A DNA stretch of 64,000 nt from Dimorphilus gyrociliatus (taxonomy: Eukaryota; Animalia; Annelida): the NCBI GenBank assembly GCA_904063045.1, contig CAJFCJ010000009.1, forward strand, positions 600,942 to 664,941, read 5' to 3'. Below are positions 25,978 through 37,827 of this stretch, one piece after another; within the stretch, counting starts at the first letter, position 1; every line of letters starts with the position of its first letter. Made by a program: the position numbers and the translations under genes. Below the pieces are notes generated by a model. The model was given only the letters and a program-made list of their open reading frames with translations, was not told the origin of the DNA and did not search any database.

Positions 25978-27853
25978 ATATTTATAAAAAAAAATGATTA
26001 TTATTTACTGTATAACAAAGTTCAAGATTTATCTCCTCAACTATATGCAGTAAATATGCTTTATGTATTAATTTCACACAAAAAGGAAGATATTCTTGCT
26101 CTTTATTAAAAAGACTTCCATTCGGAATTGTAAACGTGATGACTTGAGTAAACTATTTTTAAGACTATTAAATTGATTATTAATTATTAAAGGAAATATA
26201 CTCGAGCATATTCTTTCCGACGAGGTAAATTTTAATCTTTATATAAAGCTAAATAAATTATATGTATATAGATATATATATATATATATATTATGCAATA
26301 TATAAACTATATATTATATTATATGATTTATAATTGAAAGCTTTAAAAATTATATTATTGCCACTATTTATCAAAGCTATTTTATTAACTAAATTGCTTA
26401 TCAACTTATTTTACAACGTAAATGATATATTATAGTAATTATTATTAAGCTAAAGTCAGATGCATGTTCTTATAATATATATAGTATTATTAATATTCAA
26501 CTATATAATAGTCAGGTTATATTGTAGAACGAATAGCATTGAAAATTGAACTTCTTACAAATACTTATGAATCAATTGTTTCAGTCTTTGATCCCTAAAC
26601 TAAAGTTTAAGCTCAAAGTTCGTAATAAGTCTATTTATATAGATTTAATAATAGTAATAATAATGATATTACAAGCAAGTAGATCGTATCCTAAATTATT
26701 GGCTTGGCAAATTTTTGCTATAATTGTATTTATTATCTCTGCGGGATATATTCAAAATTTAGCCAAATGTTTACAATTATCTTTGTCAATTGTTTGTTAT
26801 TGTTTTTGTTATTGTTTTTCTTTTTATACAATTATAAACATAGAATACTTACTCTATTGTAATGTAATACAATATTTGTTATATATTTATTAAACTGTTT
26901 CAAGCTTAAAATAACTTTTAAAGTTATTCTCTTTCGTTTTTTAGAGATGAAGATGTATAAGATATGGCACGTTTAAAGTCTGATCTAATTTTTTTCTTCC
27001 CATCTGAACTTGAAATAAATAGGGATAGATGATACGTTGCTTATGACCTATTTCTCTTATAATATTTGAGAGAAAAGTGAGCCAAAGATTTTAAAAAATT
27101 TTTGTTCAAATGTTCAACTTTTATTTAATTTTACATTTGTATTGAGAGATCGTCTCTTACAATTGTATATGTTGCCTAGATTTGAAATAAATAAAAACAA
27201 TTTATTTACACATTAAAAGCATTTTGTTGCTTTAATATACAATTTATTATCTAAATACTAATTTAATCCTAACTAATTTAGTAATTACAGATATTGCATG
27301 ATTTAAGAGTCTAGTTTTACATAAGATGCTATTTAGCTAATGAAAATATTCCATTCGGTTCCTTAAAGTAAATAAATCACCTCTTAAATATGAGTCTCAT
27401 ACGTAGTACCAACACGTACTATAAAATGGATTACTAATTTATCGTATGTAGTTAGATCTCTACTTTAATAAACATGTCAGCAATTTTATTAAAATCAATT
27501 TATTTTAAGAGGATTCTCTCCTACATTCCGTGACCCTTTGAGCCAATCTTCAATCTATCAAATAGTGCTGACCAAACAAAATTTCTTCAAAGATAATTGT
27601 ATTGTTATTATTTCTCTCTTCAAAGATTTTAGTACTTGTTATTGAATATACAGTAAAATTCTTTATCATAAATAATTCCATTTTATACCTTTGAATATTT
27701 TTGGCTAATAAATTTTTATATTTATGTTAAAGCTCGTAATTTTTAGGGTTCATATAATCATATTTACAGCCGTTATCTGATAATAATAGAAAACCCTATT
27801 AGAAATTGATATTAATAATGGAAAACTATGAATTAATTTTTTTATTAATCAAA

Positions 27854-29831
27854 TTATTTCTTTTTAATTGCTCGTTCTTTTGCTAATTTAACAGCGTTAT
27901 CAGTATCATTTTGTTTCTTTACAATCAAATCAGGATATTTTGTTGAAATTCTAGTTAATGGTTGCTTCAATAATTCATTTAGTTCTTTCTTTAAATATTG
28001 ATTTCTCCTTTTAAAGTCAGCTGCATCGATTCCTTCGTCAACAATCTGTCTCTCGTCCAAAATTATACCAGCTTCTTCAGCTGCCTGTTCGAACCATCTA
28101 TTTGTAACGTTTGTTTTGCGTACCCTATGTTGTTCAACATCTATTTGACGTGCTAGATTTACTCTCTCTTTAGCAACTTTTAGATGTCCAAGATCTAAAG
28201 GAAAGTCATTTAGATCGTCTTTTTTTAAAGTCATCAAAATATTCTTATATTTCCTCATATCGTCATGTGTAACTAAGAGTATTGATATTCCTGACTTGTT
28301 TGCTCTCGCTGTCCTTCCTGATCGATGGATATAAGTTTCAGCCGTTCGTGGCACGTTATAATGGATAACGTGTTGGACATTTTCTATATCAAGACCTCTG
28401 GCCGCGACGTCCGTTGCCAATAAAATAGCATTTTCCGTTGAAGAAAACTTTTCCAAATGCTTAAGTCTCTGACGTTGATGCATATCAGCGTGTAGAAGGA
28501 GAGGAGGACATTTCAACAAATCCAAAATTGAACGAAGTCTTCTAACAGCATCCTTACTGTTAACAAAAATAAGACTTCTTCCCGCATAAGATTGCAGAAA
28601 AACAAATAATGCGACATCTTTATCTTCTAACGAACTACAATATATCTTGGCTTCTAAAAGATTTTCGGGTTTTATTTCTTCCTTTTCTCCTGCCGTTAAA
28701 TCAACTATCTTGGGCTTTTTCTTAATATTCAGTCGATCCAAAATTTCTTGAATTTTACCATCAACCGTCCGACCACCTTTTTTCTTAACATATCTTTGAG
28801 GACCTTTATGAACGACTGTCAAAGTTGCAGAGTAAACAAAAGTCTGTCTAAAGTTTCCCTGAGCTTGATCCGCGGCCAATTGATCCAATATTTTATTTAA
28901 ATCATCAAAGTGGGCTGCTTCTATCATCCGATCAGCTTCGTCTACAACTAAATATCTTAAATGTTTTCCACAATTGGTCAAATGCTCTGACCCGGTCTTC
29001 CAAAGATCCCATAATCTTCCAGGAGTAGCAACAATTATATGAGGCTTTTTCTTGAGCTCACGTTCTTGTTTTTGGGGGGCAAGACCCCCGACAATAGTAG
29101 AAATCTTTAGTGGTATATGATTAGAAACATTCTCTATATGTTGGGTTATTTGCTTTGCCAGCTCTCGTGTAGGGGTTATGATTAGTGCATATAGATTATC
29201 TTGGCAGTCGAAATTATCAAGTATTAAAGAAGTAAGGATAGGTAAGGAAAATGCTAGAGTTTTTCCACTACCAGTTGGGGCAGCTCCTAGAATGTTTAAA
29301 TGATCCCTAATAGCAGATGGTAAAGTGAGGGATTGAATTGGTGTCGGAGACGTCATACCATTCTTTTGAAGCCCCATTAGCAAAAGATGAGGAATATGCA
29401 TGCCCTTCCAGGCAATCATATCGTCCAATGAAATGTCCGAGCTAATCTCAGCCATTTTCTGTTTTTTTTGTGATTTTAGGGTTTCTTCGTCAACTTCATC
29501 TTCTTCTTTAACCTTTCTTTTCTTAACAGAGGTTTTTTTTTTCGGTTTTGATACCTTTTCCTTCTTAGGATTTAATGATACCTATAAATAATAAATGAAA
29601 TGCTTAAAACTTCTTTCGAAAATCTCATTGCATTAATATTCAAAAGAGTTAACCCTAATGCTAAAAGTATTTAAAATTGTTATTAAATCCGTTTCTAATC
29701 GAACGAAATGACTTGTTATAAAATATTTCACATACCCTTTTGACATCGTCTTTTCCAAATACAATTTTACCATTCACAATTTTATAATTAGTAATCTCTT
29801 CAATACCGAATCCAATTGCTTCATCATCCAT
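27854..29831 (-). CDS. DDX24: DEAD-box RNA helicase DDX24/MAK5, about 607 aa. Exons 29831-29736 and 29581-27854
   Basis: Q motif TPIQ, motif I APTGSGKT, PTRELA, GGLAPQKQER, DEADRM, SAT, ATDVAARGLDI, YIHRSGRTARA; N-terminal IEEITNY segment typical of DDX24. Confidence 0.9.
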
Positions 29832-30417
29832 TTTTTATTATTAAGTATATCTGGAAATTTCTGTCTTAAAAAATAAACACGTTTTTTAATGAGCGATATT
29901 AAATGATAATATATAGAGAGCGACACATGATTGTTTCAGAATGAGCTAGCGACATCTAGTGTTTATTGTTTAATAGCTGAAACATTTCCTTATAATGTTG
30001 TTTTTATGGAAAAATTACCTTTGGGAAATAAATATTCTCCTTTAAAATATATTTCGAACTTTTTTAAAACTATAAATAGTATGACAATTTAGAATAAATA
30101 TTCGTGTTCGAATAAAAAATTCATATCAGTGCCCTTAGGTTGAAGAATAACAAATTAGATTTTGGCAAAAAATTTTACTGATGTAATTTTTTACGATAGA
30201 TTTTTAGAAAAGCTTCTAATGACAGAGATAGTTTGAAGTATGAATTTAAGATTAAATATGGACACTGAGCCAATAATTTTAGAATACATTTTGATCGGAA
30301 ATTGCAAAAGTGATTGGAAGGTCAAGTCCATATTTCATCAGAAAAATCTAGAAAGTTGTTCAGACTTTCAGCAAAATCTCCGCTTTCATTAGTGTTCCAA
30401 AGATTAAAAATATCAAT

Positions 30418-31488
30418 ATGACAACACTATTGGCAGTTAGAGCTTGTTTATCACAAGCTTATCGAACAGTAACCCCTTCAAGCAGAAATCTGCTTAGAGA
30501 ACGAATACCGCAAATCAGATCGCAGAGGCATTGGCAAAGTCAAGCAAGAACTCCGTTGAAAAGAAAAATTCTTACCCCAAAAGTTGAAACATCTCGTGGA
30601 GCAGACGCAGGTTTGTAATTTTCCTTATGTTTACATGATCGATTTTGATCGTTAACAACTTCACTAGCTTTTGGATTGGGAAAAGGCGTAGTAGCTGGGG
30701 CATCAGCTCTAGGAATTGGAGCACTCTGTTTTTATGGACTTGGCTTATCAAGTGAAGCTGGAACCGCTGATAAAGCAGCTGTATGGCCAGAATACGTTCG
30801 CGAAAGGGTTAAAAGTACCTACATGTATTTTGGAAGTGGCATTGGAATTACTGCCGCCTCTGCCTACGCCATTAGCAGAAGTGCTCCCCTTATGAGATTG
30901 GTGAGTCGTACTGGCTGGGTTAGCCTCCTGGTTTCTATGGCAGCAGTACTTGGAACTGGAGCTGTTGCAAGAAGTATTCCATACAAGGGGGAATTTGGAG
31001 CAAAACAAGTGGCATGGATGGTTCACGTCGCAACTATGGGGGCCATTGTTGCCCCCTTAACGTTACTTGGTGGCCCAATTATGCTAAGAGCAGCTAGCTA
31101 CACGGCTGGAATTGTTGGTGGGCTTTCAACTTTGGCAATGTGTGCTCCAAGTGATAAATTTTTGAATATGGGCGGTCCGTTAGCCATGGGACTGGGTGTA
31201 GTATTTATGTCCTCAATCGGATCAATGTTCCTGCCGCCAACTTCTGTTTTTGGAGCTGGACTATATTCAATTACCGTATACGGTGGTCTTGTCCTTTTTG
31301 GTTTATTTTTACTATACGATACGCAAAAAATTGTAAAGAGAGCTGAAGATTATCCAGCAATATATGGTTTTAAAGGCGAACATGGTTATGACCCAATCAA
31401 TAATTCTATTTCAATCTATCTCGATACTATGAATATATTTATCAGGCTAGCAATGATATTTGCTGGAGGTGGTAATAAACGTCGTTGA
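30418..31488 (+). CDS. GHITM: Growth hormone-inducible transmembrane protein (GHITM/MICS1/TMBIM5), about 337 aa. Exons 30418-30610 and 30668-31488
   Basis: Arg-rich, mitochondrial-targeting-like N-terminus; WPEYVRERVKSTYMYF, APSDKFLNMGGPL, FLLYDTQKIVKRAE, DPINNSISIYLDTMNIFIR. Confidence 0.93.
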
Positions 31489-31753
31489 AAGTAATGAATT
31501 GTTCAAATTCTATGAAAAGTATGCTCCTTGATTGAAGCGAGACTAATCACTAAAAAACTACACTATAAATTTAATCTTGAAAAGTTTCCCATGTTTATTT
31601 AATATATTACTATATTTTGTGTGCAATATAAATATATTAGTATTTTCTATTATTAATAAAGTGATGCTTTATGGATCGTAACTTTTTGAAATTTGAAATT
31701 TAAATAATACTTTTTTATAGCTATACATCATAATATCCGAATAGGGCATAGAA

Positions 31754-32999
31754 ATGAACATGGGATCGGACGAAGAGATATCCCAGAATGTTAACAAGTT
31801 AAGTGAAGTAATACACGCCCTCAATATTGCATCAACGGGTTTGGACTTACTTTCACTGAAATGGTCTCAGCAGCCTTTGAAAGGGCGTTTATCAATTCCA
31901 ATAAACCTTGATCCTGTAAGTTGGAAGAGGGCTTCAAAGAAAGTAAGATCAGCAATTGATGAGCTAAGAATAAAAGATACTTCATCATTCACCTCTGTAG
32001 AGAATTTAAATCTTAACAATGCGATGAGAGAGCCAAGTATAGTTCATATTAGTCCTCCGAAGAACTTTTATTCTACAAATGACTATAGACGCTTACACAA
32101 ATGTTCAAGCAGTACAATACAAATGGAATCAAGTATTCTTTCATTGAATAATAATAGAGAGAGTAATGGTGATTATTATTGTTATTATAAATGTGTGTTT
32201 TTAATCCTTTTTTCGCCATCAATTTTTAAAAGATACCGAAGTATTGCAAACTTGGAGGTTTGTTGATGAAATACCAATGAAACACCGTATTCACGCTCTC
32301 GTTGCTACTGAAGGAGGAGATATTCTAACCGCTAAATGTGTGAAAAAGCACTGTTTAGATACATCTGATCAAATACATCACGAAAAGGATCTTTGTGAAC
32401 ATGATTTAGCCGAGTTCAAAAAGAAGATATTTATAGCAAGAAGTGCCGATCCGGAAGGAACCATTTTAGAGACTGATTTTAGTAAAATAGGCATACCTAT
32501 AGTGAAGCATCGTAATCTATTCAGTGGACGATATCCACATATTGCAACGACGGCTTCAACCGGTAAACTTGTTGTTGCTTCAACAAGTGAAGTTCTTATC
32601 TTTAATACTGAGAATTGGATGAAAGAAAAGACAATTACGGCACCAATTCGTCGGACAGGACATGTTGTTTGTAAGGGAGATGAATTCATTTTCGTTGGAG
32701 ATCCCGAAACAAGACAAATTCACCAATTCTCAATAGAAACTGGTATACTAATAGCGACTTGGAATTTAAAAAACTGTCCTGGAGCAATGTGCGTTGATAG
32801 GAATGGCAATATTTTAGTTGCTGATAACAAAGATGCTTGCATTATTCAATTGGAGTCTAATGGTAAGTCAAGGATAGTTATTAATGAAAAGACTGCTTCC
32901 TTGAATGGCATTAAAGGCTTGGCTGCTTATGATACATTTGTTTACGTTCTCTTGGAAACTGAGAAAAATGATAGAATCAAACTTCTCACCGAATGTTAG
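31754..32999 (+). CDS. Uncharacterised protein with a C-terminal NHL-like beta-propeller, about 393 aa. Exons 31754-32168 and 32233-32999
   Basis: The two overlapping ORFs join through a 64-nt GT-AG phase-1 intron. Repeats such as CPGAMCVDRNGNILVAD and GIKGLAAYDTFVYV resemble NHL blades. Confidence 0.6.
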
Positions 33000-33169
33000 A
33001 ACTAATAACTTAATATCAGTATGTTCTGAGTAATCGTAAATATTTCAATTCCATTTGAATGAATAACATCGTAATTTATAAACAAATTTTTTTTATAAAA
33101 TTAGCAAACGTCACAATTAAACAAAAAAAAACTGTTACAGAGAAGAAATATTATGTTTTTGTCCGCATC

Positions 33170-33367
33170 TTATGTGTCTTTTTTCTTTAAAGCACTCTTT
33201 CTCATACAATCCTTAAATGATTTTACTTCTTCTTGACATTTCCTCCAATCTTGCTTGTCAAAAAAGCATTCTTGAACCTTATAATGTTGCTCTAAACAAC
33301 CAGTATTTTTAATCATTTTAACAACAGGATCATCATCATCCATACTGGTTGGCTTATGTGTCGACAT
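33170..33367 (-). CDS. COA4: Cytochrome c oxidase assembly factor 4 (twin CX9C protein), 65 aa
   Basis: DDPVVKMIKNTGCLEQHYKVQECFFDKQDWRKCQEEVKSFKDCM contains two CX9C motifs in the COA4 context. Confidence 0.9.
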   Translation of the reverse strand: MSTHKPTSMDDDDPVVKMIKNTGCLEQHYKVQECFFDKQDWRKCQEEVKSFKDCMRKSALKKKDT

Positions 33368-34061
33368 AATTAGATAGTATTTATTTTTTGTCGAGTTTAG
33401 TAAATATCGTAAGTTTTTGCCGTGGTCTCTATCAAGCAGACAATTTGTCCTTGCCGGTATTGTGAAACATAGACGGGTTACCTGTTCTAATATCTAAAAT
33501 CATATTGTTTTAACAAAAATGGAATACTCCGTCTTGAATTTCAATCACGTGACTTCCTTTTCAGGACAGACTTTACTTTGAAGAGGGTTTATCTTTTGAA
33601 AGCACTTTTCAATACTTGTATTTAGAAATGATAGTATCTTTAAGTAGTAAGAATACAAATAAGGATAACAAATTAATATTTTAATTCAATTAATACCTGA
33701 AAGCGTGAAACTCTCATCTTCAAAAATTAAGGTATTGTAAAACGACATTACCTAGGTTTTTTTAAGACCATGCTGCTTGCTGTTTTCTAGTTACAACTTT
33801 TTCCATTCCTACAAGATTTGTAAGTATACTTTATTAGAAAATCGAGATAGCATAAAATTAACTTTGCCCGAAAATTTGCAAAATCCAAATTTCACTATTG
33901 CAGGGTGGGTAAGATAGTTAGTTGGTTATTTTTTTTATAATAATTTATAAAAGTTTTCAATGCTACTTGATATTGATTTTTTCAATTAATTTTGCGGACA
34001 GAGTCAGAATATGCCGTTCTATTAATTAGGATAGAAAAACTAAAGATTTCCTGTTAAAAAA

Positions 34062-36641
34062 ATGTCACAAAATCAATCTAGAACGGCAGCAATGGGAACT
34101 TCTGCTAAAGATTCGACAGCTATTTCTCCCCGAGAAAATTTCTCGTTACCATCCATTCAACAAATAACAGCTGAGGCTCACAATGTTCAACAAAAAAGAG
34201 ACATCCCAAAGGTATCTAGAAAAGAGATAATCTTTAGCTGTAAATATTGCAGCAATAACTCAAATAGTCATTCAGCAATGATAACCCACTTAATGATGAA
34301 ACATTTGCCGTCAATAACGCCATGTTTTCAATGTGATAATAGTTTTAACAATTATCAAAAGTTGAAAAGCCATATTACTAAACAACATCGCATTCAGGAA
34401 CAAAAGCTTGGTCTTTTTTTCAGCCAGTATTATCTTAAAAAGGAAATCTTTAATACCGGAAGGAAGGTTTATAAATTGTCATTTAAAAATCAGGAGGAGC
34501 TAAAAGGATCTAAATCAACAAACATTCAACCAACACCTGCCGCTGAGACGTGTCAAGAAAGAGACGGCACTGCCATCACCCAAGATGACAATGAAAGACT
34601 TCGACAACAGCATGCAGTTGAAGGACATTTGGATAATGGCTCTTCATCTTGTAAAATTCCGTTATTACAAAAATACCTTAAAACAGGCAACCTGCTATCT
34701 GCTATAACGTTACCATGCTTAAAAATTCGCATGGAAGATAGTTCCATATTTTGTGAAACCTGTAGTTCCATTTTGCCATTTGAGGATTCTTCTCGATTGA
34801 GGAATCATATTTCTGCTCATATTCATAATTTGAGCAGAAGTACGACTTCATGTTATCATAATATGAAAAATGAAATTTCATCAACTACTGAATGCATTTT
34901 AATTGAGCGGGTATTTAAGAATTTAGCAAATATGATGAAAGCAAAAGTGAATGTTGAAACTGAAAATAAGAATAATTTGTTTAAAGAACGCCGTAATCAC
35001 AGGAAAGGTTGCTATCAGTGTGGAAATTGCAATTTTGGTTCTTCGAAGCTATCCGATTTTGAGGAGCACTTCTCCGAAAGGCATAAAGAAGAAAAGGCAA
35101 TCTGCTTTTATTGTGTAGAGGAGCTTATGGATCTTCAATCTCTTTCAAGTCATATCGTAAAAAGTCATCTACGGGAAGGGCAAGAAGGAATATGGAGATG
35201 TAGTATAAGAAGGTGTAATTATTTTGCAAATAAGAGAGAGGATTTACTATGTCATTTTGAGCGCTTTCACAAATTCTCGTATAAAATTACTTGTTATAAT
35301 TGCTTAAAAGATTATGGAGATTTTAAATCTATTCTTGATCATTATGACCGGAAACTAAGATATAAGTGCACATCTTGCTATTTAAAATTAAAAGATAAAA
35401 ATGAGCTAATATCTCATTTTGAAAATATACATAAAGGTGGTTCAAAATATTACATGTCAAGCTATCTCTCCTGTATAAGCTTGTTTGAAGATTCGGAGAG
35501 AGAATTAAAAAATGATGAAAAAATACAATGTTCAATGGAAACAAGTTCAGTTTCAACTGAAAAATCTAAAACAAAAGAAAATATATCCATACCAAAAGAG
35601 GATGATTCACACCAAAAGAAAACATTGAACGAAACAGATTCGGCGCAACCTACAACATCAAGCGAAATGGCCCCTGAGTCGATAATTATCAATAAATGTG
35701 GATATTGCAACTACAGGGCTAGAAATGAAAATGATTTGAAAATCCTACACAGTCATGTACTTAGAAGTCATATACTTAAGCCAATTTATTGTCATGTAAC
35801 GAGATGTGTTTACTCTTCTGTAGACTATAACAGTCTTACCGAGCATATCCGATTCAATCACGATACGTCTAATTTAAAAATATCCAGTATTAGGAATCTA
35901 TATATCGCATCAAAAGTAACGGTAGTTAATAATTGCACCACAAGAGAGTTTATTATTAATGAAAAACGCCTTTCACCATCAAAAAGTGAAATAACTGATT
36001 CCGTCCCGAATATTCAACCAAAAAAGAAAAATGTTGCTTCAGAACAGTCTAGTCCTATTAGTTTATCATTATATGAAGAAACTCCTTTTCAGCAAGTAAA
36101 GAAACGAAAACTTTCTTTTCCACAGAGTAGAACTAGCAATGACTTGGGAATTGAAACTAAAAAGAAATCAGGTTACCTGTGTTGTTTCTGTCTTGATTAT
36201 TTTCCTCTTGGAGATATGAAATCTCACATATCTCAGCATTTCAAGTATAGGAAGTATGCTTGTAAAGTGTGTAACTGTTTATTTTATAGTTCTCGCTCCA
36301 AGTCATATTCTAAGCATGCTGAAGAACACGATTTAGATCCTAAGGATTGTTATGAAATTAGAACGAACAAAGATGTCGAACGGGAGATAAAACTTATCGC
36401 TGACAAAATTAAATTAAGAGAACATGTTAGTAAAGAAAAACATCATTGCACTGCTTGTGGTATTTTATTACCAAGTGAAGAAGACGACATTAATTATCAC
36501 ATAAATACATTCCACAAATCAGGAATAAAAATAGATTTACATCAAGTATCCTCTATGACAAACTTTCATAAAATTTTACTTTCGAAGGATGCAAAGAAAT
36601 ATAAATTGGGCAGAGTGTCCTGTAGAGAATTGTTTGTTTAA
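34062..36641 (+). CDS. Multi-C2H2 zinc-finger protein (about 13 dispersed, partly degenerate fingers), 859 aa, intronless CDS
   Basis: Repeated C-x2-4-C...H-x3-4-H units, e.g. CKYC...HLMMKH, CFQC...HITKQH, CGNC...HFSERH, CTSC...HFENIH, CTAC...HINTFH. Confidence 0.8.
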   Translation: MSQNQSRTAAMGTSAKDSTAISPRENFSLPSIQQITAEAHNVQQKRDIPKVSRKEIIFSCKYCSNNSNSHSAMITHLMMKHLPSITPCFQCDNSFNNYQKLKSHITKQHRIQEQKLGLFFSQYYLKKEIFNTGRKVYKLSFKNQEELKGSKSTNIQPTPAAETCQERDGTAITQDDNERLRQQHAVEGHLDNGSSSCKIPLLQKYLKTGNLLSAITLPCLKIRMEDSSIFCETCSSILPFEDSSRLRNHISAHIHNLSRSTTSCYHNMKNEISSTTECILIERVFKNLANMMKAKVNVETENKNNLFKERRNHRKGCYQCGNCNFGSSKLSDFEEHFSERHKEEKAICFYCVEELMDLQSLSSHIVKSHLREGQEGIWRCSIRRCNYFANKREDLLCHFERFHKFSYKITCYNCLKDYGDFKSILDHYDRKLRYKCTSCYLKLKDKNELISHFENIHKGGSKYYMSSYLSCISLFEDSERELKNDEKIQCSMETSSVSTEKSKTKENISIPKEDDSHQKKTLNETDSAQPTTSSEMAPESIIINKCGYCNYRARNENDLKILHSHVLRSHILKPIYCHVTRCVYSSVDYNSLTEHIRFNHDTSNLKISSIRNLYIASKVTVVNNCTTREFIINEKRLSPSKSEITDSVPNIQPKKKNVASEQSSPISLSLYEETPFQQVKKRKLSFPQSRTSNDLGIETKKKSGYLCCFCLDYFPLGDMKSHISQHFKYRKYACKVCNCLFYSSRSKSYSKHAEEHDLDPKDCYEIRTNKDVEREIKLIADKIKLREHVSKEKHHCTACGILLPSEEDDINYHINTFHKSGIKIDLHQVSSMTNFHKILLSKDAKKYKLGRVSCRELFV

Positions 36642-36908
36642 GTCAGCATGCGAATATTTTTAATTGTTCTTTGATAATGAAGTAATCGTCTAAAAATCAT
36701 TTTTTCTTTTGTGAAACCTTTTGATTAATATAAAAAATTTTACCAAGAAATAACATCCTTAATTGTTGGCGATCGAATCACAGAGCTTTTACAAATCTTG
36801 ATAAGAATGTTTTAACTGTAGTGATTATAAAATATTAACGTACTGGTGATACAGAATTGTGACGAAAGAACATGCTCATTCTTTGCTCTATTCGATGCTC
36901 AATTAGAA

Positions 36909-37827
36909 TCAAATCATTCCACTTCCATCAAGCAACATTTGTGCTTTTTCATCAGAAACAATAATTATTTGATCGATTTTTTCAATTCGAGTTTTTCCAG
37001 TTTCGCAATTAGCCATACTAGAAAGTCTTTCGTTATACATATCTCTTTGTTTTCTCATTTGATTTTCAACTTTAATTAGCTCGTCGCGAACAAACTTTAA
37101 GTGTTTCTTAGTGATTGAATGGGCTAATTTCTCATTTTGAAGAATTTTTTTTTTCTCCTGCTTAAAACGAAATAATAATCTCTTTGAAATTAATAAACAA
37201 ATAGCCTCTTTTAACATCACCTCAGTATTATCAAGACAATTTAACTTTTCCTTTATATCTTCGATTTCTTTAGTTGCCACTTTATATTGATTTCTATTGG
37301 AAGAAATAAATGGAAATAGATTGATAAAGCTAATTACAATAATGTCGATAATACAATATTATTGAAGACTACAAACTTAAGAAACGTTAATGTTTCTTCA
37401 ACAACAAAAGGATTTGGGAAATTATCCAATTTTTTAACCTGATTATTTAGCTATTAAAATAGTAATTGCTTAATTTGTATAAATCAATATTTAAATATTT
37501 TATACATCTTCTATCGTATTCCTATTGTTGGTTGATTCCAATCTTCTCTCTTCCAGTTTATCCAAAAGTTTCTCGTTATCATTTCTCAGCTTTTGCAATT
37601 CATTGGAAGTAGTTAACCTACAACGAAATATCTATTAAAACAACTATTCCAATTAACTGGCGTTCTTTAAGATTGGTTAATTATGTTTACTTCAGAGAAT
37701 CGATATTGGAAGCCTCTCGTTCATTTCTCAAATTTAATTCTATCTTTATCCTTTCAAGTTCTTGTTGTAAATTTTGCATTTGATTTTGTAGAAATTGAGG
37801 ACAAGAACTACAATGAGTACAAGCCAT
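36909..37827 (-). CDS. Orphan coiled-coil protein, about 231 aa. Exons 37827-37691, 37617-37506, 37438-37377, 37293-36909
   Basis: Four GT-AG exons with consistent phases give MACTHCSSCPQFLQNQMQNLQQELERIKIEL..., heptad-like throughout. No family recognised. Confidence 0.65.

Noticed and set aside
26000-27800. AT-rich gap with a 115-aa ORF (26546-26893) and a short minus-strand stretch DRLKNWLKGSRN faintly like a reverse transcriptase fragment
   Set aside because: Low-complexity composition, stops in all frames, no RT catalytic motif and no consistent splice model.
32169-32266. Overlap of ORFs 31754-32266 and 32244-32999 as a frameshift or pseudogene
   Set aside because: Explained by a normal 64-nt GT-AG intron.
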